This document shows positions 36,689 to 46,726 of a DNA stretch of 64,000 nt, piece by piece. Position numbers and translations under genes: made by a program. Source of the stretch: Nannocystales bacterium. GTDB taxonomy: Bacteria > Myxococcota_A > Polyangia > Nannocystales > Nannocystaceae. The stretch is from assembly GCA_050633305.1 (NCBI GenBank), contig JBOEGF010000024.1:373702-437701 (forward strand), in the 5' to 3' direction. The notes under the pieces were generated by a model, which saw only the letters and a program-made list of their open reading frames with translations, ran no database searches and had not been told where the DNA came from. Within the stretch, counting starts at the first letter, position 1, and every line of letters starts with the position of its first letter.

Positions 36689-38122
36689 CTACTTCTTTGG
36701 CGTGGCCGGAATCTCGGCACCCTCGGCCAACGCAAGCGTGATTCCCAGGACCAGCTCTCCGATCTCCGCGATCCCGTCGAGATTCAAGGTCTCGAACTCA
36801 TCGGATGTGCGGTGGTAGTCCGCGTGAAGTCCCGTGAAGAAGAAGAGCACTGGGATCCCCTGCCGAAACCAGTGGGCGTGGTCGCTTCGCCCGGTCACCG
36901 AAGCGGGGTGCTTGATCTCGAGGTCCTTGGGGGTCGCCGCAGCGATGAGCCCGGGCCAGGCTGTGCTTGTTTTCTCACCGCCCACCTCGACGCCGTCTTC
37001 GGCAAGCCGGCCCACCATATCCATGTTGAGCATCGCGACCACATGACCGCTGTTGAACGGCGCAGCCGCAGGTGGGGACTCTGCGAGGCCTCGGGATCCG
37101 TGCAGGCCGAGCTCTTCCCCTGCGAAGTGGGCGAACACCAGCGAGCGTTTGGGGCGGTACCCACTCTCCCCCATCGCACGGGCGATGTTCATGAGCAGGG
37201 CTGTCCCGCTGGCGTTGTCGTCGGCCCCATTGCAGATCACGTCGTCTGGATCGGTGTCGTTTTCAGGGCCGCGACAGAACGTCCCAAACTCTTTGGTGCC
37301 GATGTGATCATAGTGAGCACCGAGCAGAACGATTTCATCGGGGCGTTCCGAGCCCTCGATCCAAGCGACGACGTTGGGCGCGGTGGAGTGGACCTCCTTC
37401 TCCGAACGCGCCATCGAGATCTTGATCCCTTCGAGGTCGATGGCCTCCTTGGGGGCTTCGCCACCAGGAAGGTTCAAGGACGCGGTCGCGGTGGCCGTGG
37501 TGACCCATGCGGCACCGATGCTGTCCGTCGGCGGTTTGGCGATGGGGTCAGGCAGGGACTCGGTCACGAAGAGGACCGCAGAGGCGCCGGCGGACGCCAG
37601 CGCTTGCACGCGGCCGTGAACGTCCGTGCTCGGCGCGGGCGTGAGGACGGCTCGGCCCTCAACGCCCCGTGTGCTGTCGGCAGCGACCCACACCGGGGTG
37701 CCAACGACCGCGCGCCGGGGACCAAACGCGGCGGGCGGGACGTCGGCCTGCGGAATTTGGAGCGTGTCCGAGCCACGCACGATCCACAGGTAGTAGGCGT
37801 CTCCTGGCTCCTTGCCGTTCGGGTACTCGAACTCGACGCGGTACGAGGACCCCACCGGTTTGATGCCCGCGGCCTTGTGACTCGCCGCGATGTAGTCGGC
37901 TGCGGCGCCCAGATGTTCGAGGTCTTTGGTGAACCGCCCGGCCCAGCCATCGTCGGCGAGTGTTTGAATGTCCTTCGCGAGCTGGTCGGGGTCGAGCTGC
38001 GGGGCGGAGGTCTCCTCTGCTCCGTGCTCGTGGGGCGGCTTCGTCGTCGCCGCGTCGGAGGGTCGGTTGCAAGCGGTGGCAAGCAGCGCCAGGGACACAA
38101 GCGAAACGAACGCACGGGACAT
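36689..38122 (-). CDS. M28-family aminopeptidase lipoprotein
   Basis: Lipobox ATAC, GAHYDHIG, NGADDNASG, GEELGLHGS, NMDMVGR, SDH, DYHRTSD. Confidence 0.93.
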   Translation of the reverse strand: MSRAFVSLVSLALLATACNRPSDAATTKPPHEHGAEETSAPQLDPDQLAKDIQTLADDGWAGRFTKDLEHLGAAADYIAASHKAAGIKPVGSSYRVEFEYPNGKEPGDAYYLWIVRGSDTLQIPQADVPPAAFGPRRAVVGTPVWVAADSTRGVEGRAVLTPAPSTDVHGRVQALASAGASAVLFVTESLPDPIAKPPTDSIGAAWVTTATATASLNLPGGEAPKEAIDLEGIKISMARSEKEVHSTAPNVVAWIEGSERPDEIVLLGAHYDHIGTKEFGTFCRGPENDTDPDDVICNGADDNASGTALLMNIARAMGESGYRPKRSLVFAHFAGEELGLHGSRGLAESPPAAAPFNSGHVVAMLNMDMVGRLAEDGVEVGGEKTSTAWPGLIAAATPKDLEIKHPASVTGRSDHAHWFRQGIPVLFFFTGLHADYHRTSDEFETLNLDGIAEIGELVLGITLALAEGAEIPATPKK

Positions 38123-38142
38123 CGCGGCTGCACCTTACACGC

Positions 38143-38541
38143 TCAGCCATCGGGGTGGGCGGGGCTCCAGGAGTCACTGCCCCAGAGCTCTGCTCGTTCG
38201 TCGAGGAACGTCAGGAGGTCGAAGCACGCATCGAGGGCCTCTGCTGGGGCCTCATCCAGATGTGCCTCGAGCCGACGCAGCGAGGCGCCGATGCGACCGA
38301 AGTCGGCCTCGCCGGTCTCGAGCAGGACTCGCCTACCCAGCTCGAGCGCGAGGGCGGTCGCGTCCTTGCGGACGGACAGCAGCAGCTCCCGCAGGTCGTC
38401 GGAGATCGCCGTTTGAGCCTGGTCGTCGAACAGGTTCGCGAATACCGGACGCATCCGCTGTTTGCTCTGCATGGATGCGATGGTCCTGTCTCGCTCTCGC
38501 AAGGCGGCGTAGCGTGCTCGGGCCTGGGCAGGGTCAATCAT
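38143..38541 (-). CDS. Hypothetical helical protein
   Basis: AAGGA RBS before ATG 38541; protein-like Leu/Glu/Arg composition; ends 20 bp upstream of the M28 gene. Confidence 0.6.
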   Translation of the reverse strand: MIDPAQARARYAALRERDRTIASMQSKQRMRPVFANLFDDQAQTAISDDLRELLLSVRKDATALALELGRRVLLETGEADFGRIGASLRRLEAHLDEAPAEALDACFDLLTFLDERAELWGSDSWSPAHPDG

Positions 38542-38917
38542 CGGCATCCTTTGCAGAACAGGGGCTGTCGCGAACGACTTCGAGACTGTCACGACGAAGC
38601 GTACCGTGCGGAAGCGTTGGTTCTGCGGTGGGACGATTGCGTCGTTAGCGCCAAACGGGTTCGGAGCGGAGTTGGCCGAATCGGCCGGAGCGGACACGTC
38701 GGGCAGGGGGGTTGCTCAAACCACGAAACGGCGTGCCCCCGACCTCGCAGGCGGCCGCGGTCACGCCGTCTGCGGATTGCCGAGTCCAACGCCGGAGGAC
38801 AGCTGGGCTCACGCGTACGGGCGGGAGGATGGAGGGACGCGACGGGGCGCTCCAGGCCAAATGCCGCAGCGGAGGCGGCTGCTGACGATGCTCGCCGTGG
38901 TGTAGAGTCCCCGCCGC

Positions 38918-39700
38918 ATGGGCGGCGAGCTCACCATCACCACGTGGAATGTGAACTCCATTCGGGCGCGACTCGACCACGTCACCGAGTACCTGGCCGA
39001 ACACGAGCCCGACATCGTTTGCCTTCAGGAGAGCAAGGTCGAGGACGCCTTGTTCCCCAAGGTGCCGTTCCTCGAGCTCGGCTACAACGTCACGATCCAC
39101 GGCGGGCGAGCGTTGGCCGGTGTGGCGACCCTGACCAAGTCGAAGCCCGAGGAGACCCACGGTGGATTCCTCGCCGACCCGCCGGACAAGCACCCGCGCA
39201 TCCTCAACGTGCTGGTCGACGGCGTTCGGGTCTACAATCTCTACGTGCCCAACGGCACCTCGTTGGGGAGCGCGGCCTTCGAGTACAAGCTGGCGTGGCT
39301 GGAGCGTTTGCGTGAGGAGATCGCGACCAACTACAAGCCCGACCAACCGATCGCGGTGGTGGGGGACTTCAACATCGCCTTGGAGGATCGTGATCTGTAC
39401 GACCCGGAGCGGTTGCGGGACCAGATGCTGTTTACCGAGGATGAGAAGTCTCGCCTGCGGGCGATCCTCGACTTCGGGTTCACCGACTGCTTTCGGAAGT
39501 TTGAGTCCGGAGGGGACCACTTCACCTGGTTCGACTACCGAACCCAGGGGTTCGAACGAAACCAAGGGTTTCGCATCGACCACATCTACGCGACGGACTC
39601 GCTGGCCGAGCGTTGTCTGGGCGTGACGCACGACATGGTGCCCAGGGGCTGGGATACGCCGAGCGACCACGTGCCGGTCACGGGACGCTTCACACGCTGA
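38918..39700 (+). CDS. xth: Exodeoxyribonuclease III
   Basis: TWNVNSIRAR, CLQESK, YVPNG, GDFNIA, FTWFDYR, RIDH, PSDHVPV. Confidence 0.95.
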   Translation: MGGELTITTWNVNSIRARLDHVTEYLAEHEPDIVCLQESKVEDALFPKVPFLELGYNVTIHGGRALAGVATLTKSKPEETHGGFLADPPDKHPRILNVLVDGVRVYNLYVPNGTSLGSAAFEYKLAWLERLREEIATNYKPDQPIAVVGDFNIALEDRDLYDPERLRDQMLFTEDEKSRLRAILDFGFTDCFRKFESGGDHFTWFDYRTQGFERNQGFRIDHIYATDSLAERCLGVTHDMVPRGWDTPSDHVPVTGRFTR

Positions 39701-39729
39701 GGCCTCCGGAGAACTTCGGCAGAACCAGC

Positions 39730-39764
39730 AAAAACGCCACCGTGGGAGGACCCCGGTGGCGTTT
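39730..39764 (-). terminator. Intrinsic terminator between convergent genes
   Basis: 11-bp stem AAACGCCACCG/CGGTGGCGTTT; T5 tract on the minus strand and TTT on the plus strand. Confidence 0.8.
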
Positions 39765-39793
39765 CCTTGTTGCCGCGTGGGCAGCGAGCGCTG

Positions 39794-40093
39794 CTACTTG
39801 ATGACGTTGCCCAGCTTCATCGCCACGGCCATGTCGCCGTCGAGCTGGAGCTTGCCCAGGGAGAACGCAGCCATGGGGTCGAGGTCACCACTGATCATCG
39901 CCTCGAGGTCTGCAAGCGAGAGCTTCACGGTGCAGGCCGCGTCGCTGTTCTCGTTGTTGACCACGTTGGGCACAACGTTGGCGTCGAGAAAGATGACGCC
40001 GTCGTCGCCACAGTCGAACTTCAGGGTAGAGGCCAGACCGCAGTCTTCGCCGACCTTGTCTTTGATCGTCGTCGTCGCCGATTCGATGCTCAT
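39794..40093 (-). CDS. SCP2 sterol/lipid-binding domain protein
   Basis: MISGDLDPMAAFSLGKLQLDGDMAVAMKL. Confidence 0.9.
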   Translation of the reverse strand: MSIESATTTIKDKVGEDCGLASTLKFDCGDDGVIFLDANVVPNVVNNENSDAACTVKLSLADLEAMISGDLDPMAAFSLGKLQLDGDMAVAMKLGNVIK

Positions 40094-40263
40094 CGGCCAC
40101 CTTCCTACCATCCCGCTCGGCGTTCAGCCATCCTGCGAGTTTGCAGCCATTGCCTGCGCCGCCCGAGTGCGAATCTGCAGGCGCGGCCGGTTCGTTATTT
40201 GACGCACATTCTCGCTACGCTCGCGGTGGGTGGAGGCTCAGACGTCCTCGCCTGAAGGTGGGC

Positions 40264-41133
40264 ATGACGTATCGATCTGTGTTTCGTCCGGGGTTGTTCG
40301 AAGGCCAGACCATCATCGTGACCGGTGGTGGGAGTGGCATTGGGCGCTGCACTGCTCACGAACTCGCGTCGCTTGGGGCGAGCGTCGTGTTGGTGGGCCG
40401 CAAGCGAGAAAAGCTGGAGGCGGTTGCCGCCGAGATCACCCAGGACGGTGGGAAGGCGGACCTCGAGACGCTCGACATTCGCGATGAGGAGCGGGTGAAG
40501 GCGGTCGTCAAGGCGCTGCTCGAGCGCCACGATGCGATCGACGGCTTGGTGAACAACGCGGGCGGCCAGTACCCAGCCCCGTTGGCCGCGATCAACCAAA
40601 AGGGGTTCGAGACCGTGGTGAGGACCAACCTGGTCGGTGGCTTCTTGGTGGCGCGGGAAGTGTTCATGCAGTGCATGAACCGCCGCGGCGGCAGCGTGGT
40701 GAACATCGTCGCGGACATGTGGAACGGCATGCCTGGCATGGGGCACTCGGGGGCGGCCCGGGCCGGCATGGTGAACCTGACGAAGACCGCCGCGGTCGAG
40801 TGGGCAGCGGCCGGAGTCCGGGTCAACGCCGTCGCTCCGGGTTGGGTCGCGAGCAGTGGAATGGACACCTACGACGGTGCGGTCAAAGCGATGATCCCCA
40901 AGCTCAAGGAAGCCGTCCCACTGAAGAGGCTCTCGACCGAAGCGGAGATCAGCAGTGGGATTTGTTTCCTGCTCAGCGAGGGGGCCGCGTTCATGACCGG
41001 CACGACCCTGGCCATCGACGGCGGCGCGCCCTTGTTCAGCAGCGTGTGGCCCACCCCGGCGCACAACGAGTCGAAGCCCTACAACGGCTTCCATCGTGCC
41101 GTGACCCCCAAGGTGCTCGAGGAGGGCGAATAG
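40264..41133 (+). CDS. atuB: SDR oxidoreductase, citronellol/citronellal dehydrogenase-like
   Basis: YRSVFRPGLFEGQ...TGGGSGIGRCTAHELA, NNAGGQ, GMGHSGAARAG; first gene of an atuBCDEF-order cluster. Confidence 0.85.
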   Translation: MTYRSVFRPGLFEGQTIIVTGGGSGIGRCTAHELASLGASVVLVGRKREKLEAVAAEITQDGGKADLETLDIRDEERVKAVVKALLERHDAIDGLVNNAGGQYPAPLAAINQKGFETVVRTNLVGGFLVAREVFMQCMNRRGGSVVNIVADMWNGMPGMGHSGAARAGMVNLTKTAAVEWAAAGVRVNAVAPGWVASSGMDTYDGAVKAMIPKLKEAVPLKRLSTEAEISSGICFLLSEGAAFMTGTTLAIDGGAPLFSSVWPTPAHNESKPYNGFHRAVTPKVLEEGE

Positions 41134-42750
41134 ATGCCGCAACTGCGAACGAAAATCGATGCCAAGTCCGAGACGTTTGCTCGGAACCGCGAGCAGATGC
41201 TCGGCCTCATTGAGAGCTTCCGGGCGCTGGAGGGCAAGGTCCGCGAGCACTCAGCGTCGAAGGCCGCCAAGTTCTCCAAGCGTGGTCAACTGCTGCCGCG
41301 GCAGCGGGTGGAACGTCTGCTCGACCGCGGGGCACCGTTCCTGGAGCTGTCGACCCTTGCCGGCTACAAGATGCACGATGACGACGGCAAGTCGGGCATC
41401 GCTGGGGGAAGCAACATCATCGGTATCGGTTTCGTGGAAGGGCGACGGTGCCTGGTGTCCGCCTCCGACAGCGCGATCAAGGGCGGCGCCGTGTCGCCGA
41501 TGGGACTCCGCAAGACCTTGCGCGCCCAAGAAGTCGCGCTGCAAAACAAGCTGCCGATGATCAACCTGGTGGAGAGCGCCGGGGCCAACCTGCTGTATCA
41601 GAGCGAGCTATTCGTCGAGGGGGGCCGGGTGTTTGCAAACATGGCTCGTCTGAGCGCCGCCGGCCTACCGCAGGTCACCGTGGTGCACGGGTCCTCGACC
41701 GCAGGTGGTGCATACATCCCGGGCCTCTCGGACTACGTGATCGTGGTGCGGGGTCGTTCGAAGATCTTCTTGGCGGGTCCGCCGTTGGTGAAGGCGGCCC
41801 TCGGCGAGGACGCCGAGGAGGAAGCCCTCGGTGGCGCGGAGATGCACACCAAGGTCGCTGGAACCGCCGAATACCTGGCCGAGTCGGACGGCGATGCCAT
41901 CTGCGTCGCGCGAGAACTGTTCTCGAAGATTCGGTGGGATGACGCGGGCGCGCCTGCGCCTGCGCCCGTACGTCCACCGCTGTACGATCCTCAGGAGCTG
42001 GTCGGGGCCGTGCCGGTGGACTACCGGGAGCCCTACGACGTTCGCGAGATCATCGCTCGGATCGTCGACGATTCGGACTTCCTCGACTTCGGTCCCGACT
42101 ATGGTCCTCAGACGGTCTGCGGGCACGCGAGGATCGAGGGGCACGCGTGCGGCATCATCGGAAACAACGGGCCGATCTTCGCCGAAGGCGCTGCAAAGGC
42201 AGGCCATTTCATTCAGGCGTGCTGTCAGTCGGGGACACCGATCATCTACCTGCAGAACACCACCGGCTACATGGTGGGGACGCAAGCCGAACAAGCCGGC
42301 ATCGTCAAGCACGGCTCGAAGATGATCCAGGCCGTGGCGAACGCGACGGTTCCGCAGATGACCGTGCTCGTAGGCGGCGCATTCGGGGCTGGCAACTACG
42401 GCATGTGTGGGCGGGCCTTCGATCCCCGCTTCATCTTCTCCTGGCCCAACGCCCGCATCTCCGTGATGGGTGGAAGCCAAGCTGCCAAGGTCATGGAGAT
42501 CATCACCGTGGCCAAGTTTGCCCGGCAAGGCGTCGAGATTCCCCCGGAGAACCTCGAGAAGATGACCGGGGCGATCCGAGACAAGCTCGACTCCGAGTCC
42601 GATGCCCTGTTCGCCTCGGCGCGAATCTGGGACGACGGAATCATCGACCCTCGGGACACTCGCCGCGTGCTCGGCATGTCCCTGGCCACCTGCCGCGAAG
42701 CGGGGGCCCGCACCGTTCGCCCCAATACGTTCGGTGTCGCTCGCTTCTAA
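41134..42750 (+). CDS. atuC: Geranyl-CoA carboxylase beta (carboxyltransferase) subunit
   Basis: ESAGANL, HGSSTAGGAY, QNTTGYMVG, GAGNYGMCGR, DDGIIDPRDTR, FGVARF. Confidence 0.88.
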   Translation: MPQLRTKIDAKSETFARNREQMLGLIESFRALEGKVREHSASKAAKFSKRGQLLPRQRVERLLDRGAPFLELSTLAGYKMHDDDGKSGIAGGSNIIGIGFVEGRRCLVSASDSAIKGGAVSPMGLRKTLRAQEVALQNKLPMINLVESAGANLLYQSELFVEGGRVFANMARLSAAGLPQVTVVHGSSTAGGAYIPGLSDYVIVVRGRSKIFLAGPPLVKAALGEDAEEEALGGAEMHTKVAGTAEYLAESDGDAICVARELFSKIRWDDAGAPAPAPVRPPLYDPQELVGAVPVDYREPYDVREIIARIVDDSDFLDFGPDYGPQTVCGHARIEGHACGIIGNNGPIFAEGAAKAGHFIQACCQSGTPIIYLQNTTGYMVGTQAEQAGIVKHGSKMIQAVANATVPQMTVLVGGAFGAGNYGMCGRAFDPRFIFSWPNARISVMGGSQAAKVMEIITVAKFARQGVEIPPENLEKMTGAIRDKLDSESDALFASARIWDDGIIDPRDTRRVLGMSLATCREAGARTVRPNTFGVARF

Positions 42751-42786
42751 ACCCCAGCCCTCACACCGCCAGCCCAGGACGCATTC

Positions 42787-43947
42787 ATGAAACTCACCGA
42801 AGAACACGAGCAGCTCCGTGACACCTTGCGCAAGTTCATCGACCGCGAGATCAACCCCAACGTCGAGGCATGGGAGGATGAAAAGATCTTCCCCGCGCAC
42901 GAGCTGTTCAAGAAGCTCGGCGACCAGGGATTCCTTGGGGTGAGCAAGCCAGAAGCCTCGGGCGGCATGGGGCTGGACTACTCGTATTCCGTCTTGATGG
43001 CGGAGACTCTCGGTTGGGTCGACTGCGGCGCGATCCCGATGGCGATCGGCGTGCAGACGGACATGTGTACGCCTGCGCTGGCCAAGTTCGGCAGCGATGC
43101 GCTCAAGAAGGAGTTCCTCGAGCCGGCCATTGCGGGTGATGTCGTCGGGTCGATCGGCGTTAGCGAGCCCGGTGCGGGAAGCGACGTGGCGAGTATCAAG
43201 ACGACCGCTCGGCGGGACGGGGACGACTACGTCATCAACGGTACGAAAATGTGGATCACCAACGGCATGCAGGCCGACTGGATCTGCTTGCTCGCGAACA
43301 CGTCGGAGGGCAAGCCCCACAAGAACAAGTCGCTCATCATGGTGCCGCTGGACTCCAAGGGTGTGGAGCGGGCTCGCAAGCTCGACAAGATTGGGATGTG
43401 GGCTTCGGACACGGCGCAGCTGTTCTTCGATGACGTGCGGGTCCCGGCTCGAAACGTCATCGGACAAGAGGGCATGGGGTTCACCCTCCAGATGCTCCAG
43501 TTCCAAGAAGAACGGCTGTGGGGCGCGGCGAATGTGATCGGAGCGCTCGAGCACGCCTTGCAGATCACCAAGGAGTACACCGGTCAGCGTGAGGCGTTCG
43601 GGGCGACGATTCTCGACAACCAGTACGTACACTTCCGACTGGCCGAGCTCGCCACGGAGGTGGAGTGTCTGCGGGCGTTGGTCTGGAGCGCCACCGAGCA
43701 GTACATCTCGGGCAAGGACGTCACCCGGCTTGCCTCCATGGCCAAGCTCAAGGCTGGACGGTTGGCGCGCGAGGTGTCGGACGGCTGCCTGCAGTTCTGG
43801 GGCGGCATGGGCTACATGTGGGAATCCAAGATCTCGCGGTTCTTCCGCGATGGTCGGCTGATCTCGATCGGTGGCGGTGCGGACGAGATCATGCTCAGCA
43901 TCATCTGCAAGCTCGAGGGGACTCTGCCCCGACGAAAGAAGGCCTGA
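42787..43947 (+). CDS. atuD: Citronellyl-CoA dehydrogenase-like acyl-CoA dehydrogenase
   Basis: GVQTDMCTPAL, SEPGAGSDVA, QFQEERL, CLQFWGGMGY, SIGGGADEIML. Confidence 0.88.
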   Translation: MKLTEEHEQLRDTLRKFIDREINPNVEAWEDEKIFPAHELFKKLGDQGFLGVSKPEASGGMGLDYSYSVLMAETLGWVDCGAIPMAIGVQTDMCTPALAKFGSDALKKEFLEPAIAGDVVGSIGVSEPGAGSDVASIKTTARRDGDDYVINGTKMWITNGMQADWICLLANTSEGKPHKNKSLIMVPLDSKGVERARKLDKIGMWASDTAQLFFDDVRVPARNVIGQEGMGFTLQMLQFQEERLWGAANVIGALEHALQITKEYTGQREAFGATILDNQYVHFRLAELATEVECLRALVWSATEQYISGKDVTRLASMAKLKAGRLAREVSDGCLQFWGGMGYMWESKISRFFRDGRLISIGGGADEIMLSIICKLEGTLPRRKKA

Positions 43948-44765
43948 TGTCGCTGCCCGAGACTGAGCATCTACGCCTGTCGCTTTCGGATGGTGTCCTC
44001 ACCGTCCTGTTTGATCGTCCGCAGGTTCGCAACGCGATGAGCCTGCAAACGGTCTCGGAGCTGGAGGCGAGCTTCGAAGCGATCGCGGAACGACGGGATG
44101 TGCGCGTGGTGGTGCTTCGCGGAACGGGCGGACACTTCTGCGCCGGAGGCGACATCAAGGACATGGCTTCGGCCCGTGGCCGCCCACCGGGTGAGGATGG
44201 CAAGGACGCCCTGGCGGTCGTGAACCGGCGGTTCGGTTCGATGATCACAGCCGTGGACCGGGCGCCCCAAGCCGTCGTCGCGGTGTGTGAGGGGGCGGTG
44301 CTGGGTGGGGGCTTCGGTCTGGCCTGCGTCGCCGACGTCACGCTCACGCTGGCCGGGGCGAAGTTCGGCCTCCCGGAGACGGGGCTGGGCATTCCGCCGG
44401 CCCAGATCGCACCGTTTCTGGTCCGGCGCCTGGGGCTCTCGCAAGCTCGCCGACTCGCGGTGACCGGGGGTCGCTTCGACGGGCACCGTGCTGTCGCGAT
44501 CGGGCTGGCCCATGAGGTTGCCGAGGATGCGGACGCCCTCGAGGCCGTGCTCGCCGCGACGCTGAAGCAGGTGCTTCGATGTGCGCCCGGGGCGGTCGCC
44601 GTGACGAAACAACTGATGAACGACGCCGGGGATGTGGAGCTCGAGACACTTCTCGACGGAGCCGCGGATGCGTTCGCAGTTGCGGCACGAGGAGCCGAAG
44701 GCATCGAGGGAATGACTGCGTTCATGCAAAAACGCGAGCCGAGCTGGCCTGGAGGGGGCGCGTGA
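43947..44765 (+). CDS. atuE: Isohexenylglutaconyl-CoA hydratase-like enoyl-CoA hydratase
   Basis: FCAGGDIKDM, GGGFGLACV, LPETGLGIPPAQIAPF; TGATG coupling with the upstream gene. Confidence 0.88.
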   Translation: MSLPETEHLRLSLSDGVLTVLFDRPQVRNAMSLQTVSELEASFEAIAERRDVRVVVLRGTGGHFCAGGDIKDMASARGRPPGEDGKDALAVVNRRFGSMITAVDRAPQAVVAVCEGAVLGGGFGLACVADVTLTLAGAKFGLPETGLGIPPAQIAPFLVRRLGLSQARRLAVTGGRFDGHRAVAIGLAHEVAEDADALEAVLAATLKQVLRCAPGAVAVTKQLMNDAGDVELETLLDGAADAFAVAARGAEGIEGMTAFMQKREPSWPGGGA

Positions 44766-46726
44766 GCGGCTTCTCAACCGTCCTGGTCGCGAACCGGGGA
44801 GAGATTGCTGTGCGGGTCCTACGCACGGCCAGAGCGCTGGGCTACCGCACGGTTGCCGTCTACTCGGATGCCGACGCGGACGCTCCGCACACAACGTTGG
44901 CCGACGTCGCGGTGCGCATCGGTCCGGCTCCGGTGGGGCAGAGCTACCTCGATGTCGACGCCATCTTGGACGCAGCGCAGCGTAGCGGTGCGGATGCCGT
45001 TCATCCGGGCTACGGCTTCCTCAGCGAAAATGCCGAGTTTGCCCAGCGGTGTGCCGATGCAGGCCTGACGTTTGTCGGCCCGCCGCCGGAGGCCATCACG
45101 CTGATGGGCGACAAGGTCCAGGCGAAACTGCGGATGATCGCCGCCGACGTTCCGACCGCGCCCAGCTTCCTGGGCGGGGACGCATCTGTCGATACGCTGG
45201 TGGCCGAGGCGGGGAAGCTGGGGTTGCCGTTGTTGGTCAAAGCGAGTGCCGGGGGAGGCGGTCGCGGCATGCGGAAGGTCAGGCAGACCTCGGAGCTTGC
45301 CGAGGCGATCACGTCGGCGCAGGCCGAGGCCGGCTCCGCGTTTGGCAACCCGCACGTGTTTCTCGAGCGGCTGATCACCGGAGCGCGCCACGTGGAGGTG
45401 CAGGTGTTCGCCGACACCCATGGCAACGTGTTGCACCTGGGGGAGCGAGAGTGTTCGGCGCAGCGCCGTCACCAAAAGGTCGTGGAGGAAGCTCCATCAC
45501 CGGTGGTCGATGGGGCTCTGCGTGCCAAGATGGGGGATGCCGCGGTCGCTGCGGCGCGCGCGATCGGGTATGTGGGCGCGGGCACCGTTGAGTTCCTGCT
45601 CGACGACGAGGGCAACTTCTACTTCCTCGAGATGAACACGCGCCTGCAGGTTGAGCACCCCGTCACGGAGTGTGTGACCGGGCTGGATTTGGTCGCGTGG
45701 CAGCTCGATGTTGCCGCGGGCAAGCCGCTGCCGATGACGCAGGACGAGCTGCGGATGGATGGTCACGCCATCGAGGTGCGGCTGTACGCGGAAGACCCGT
45801 ACGCCGGGTTCTTGCCGCAGACGGGACATATCGTGCGCTTTGACGCCGCACCGGGAGTTCGTGTTGACTCGGGCATCTGTAGCGGCGGCGATGTCTCCGC
45901 CTTCTACGACCCGATGCTGGCCAAGTTGATCGCGCACGGTCGGGACCGTGACGAGGCGCTTCGCAAACTCCGTCGCGGGCTTCGAGACACGGTGTTGTTG
46001 GGGCCGGTGACGAACCTCGTGTTCCTGCAGGCTCTGATGGATGACCCCGACATGGTTGCGGGGACGATCAAGACCGACACGCTCGATGCCCGATTTGCCG
46101 AGCCTCCCGAGCGACCCGCCATCGCCATCGAGGCCTGGGCTCTCGCGGGGTTGGTGATGGCCCGCTCGCACGGTGTTGACCCCGAACTCGGCGACGGACA
46201 GGCGTGGCGCAGCAGCGGGGTTTTGCGAACGCCGATGACGCTTCGTTGTGGGGAAGAGCAGCGCGATGTGTCGGTCGAACTCGAGAACCGCGACGTCGCC
46301 GTGGTCAGCGTTGCCGAGGACTCCGTGTCGCTTCACGTCGTCTCGGACGTCGGTGGCTGTCTCCGCTTCGCAACTGGCGGCCTGCAGCGAACGGCCGTCT
46401 ACGCGGTTGACCGGACTCGGGCCTGGGTGAGCATCGACGGGGTTTCTCATGCGTTCGAGGAGCCAGACCTCCGAGCTGAGGCGGCCGAGTCCAGCGACGG
46501 CACAATCCGTTCTCCTCTGTCGGGCACCATCATGACGGTGCAGGTGCAGGAGGGGGAGAGCGTCAGCCGCGGTCAGCTTCTGGTGACGGTCGAGGCGATG
46601 AAGATGGAACACCGAATCGAGGCCCCGATCGACGGGGTGGCACGAGAGGTGACGGTGACCGCGGGTGACCAGGTCGCGGGCGAGCAAACGCTGCTGCGAA
46701 TCGAAAGCGAGGAGACCGAAGGATGA
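44762..46726 (+). CDS. atuF: Geranyl-CoA carboxylase alpha subunit (biotin carboxylase plus BCCP)
   Basis: ANRGEIA, HPGYGFLSEN, GGGGRGMR, EMNTRLQVEHPVTE, EAMKME; GTGA overlap. Confidence 0.9.
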   Translation: MSGFSTVLVANRGEIAVRVLRTARALGYRTVAVYSDADADAPHTTLADVAVRIGPAPVGQSYLDVDAILDAAQRSGADAVHPGYGFLSENAEFAQRCADAGLTFVGPPPEAITLMGDKVQAKLRMIAADVPTAPSFLGGDASVDTLVAEAGKLGLPLLVKASAGGGGRGMRKVRQTSELAEAITSAQAEAGSAFGNPHVFLERLITGARHVEVQVFADTHGNVLHLGERECSAQRRHQKVVEEAPSPVVDGALRAKMGDAAVAAARAIGYVGAGTVEFLLDDEGNFYFLEMNTRLQVEHPVTECVTGLDLVAWQLDVAAGKPLPMTQDELRMDGHAIEVRLYAEDPYAGFLPQTGHIVRFDAAPGVRVDSGICSGGDVSAFYDPMLAKLIAHGRDRDEALRKLRRGLRDTVLLGPVTNLVFLQALMDDPDMVAGTIKTDTLDARFAEPPERPAIAIEAWALAGLVMARSHGVDPELGDGQAWRSSGVLRTPMTLRCGEEQRDVSVELENRDVAVVSVAEDSVSLHVVSDVGGCLRFATGGLQRTAVYAVDRTRAWVSIDGVSHAFEEPDLRAEAAESSDGTIRSPLSGTIMTVQVQEGESVSRGQLLVTVEAMKMEHRIEAPIDGVAREVTVTAGDQVAGEQTLLRIESEETEG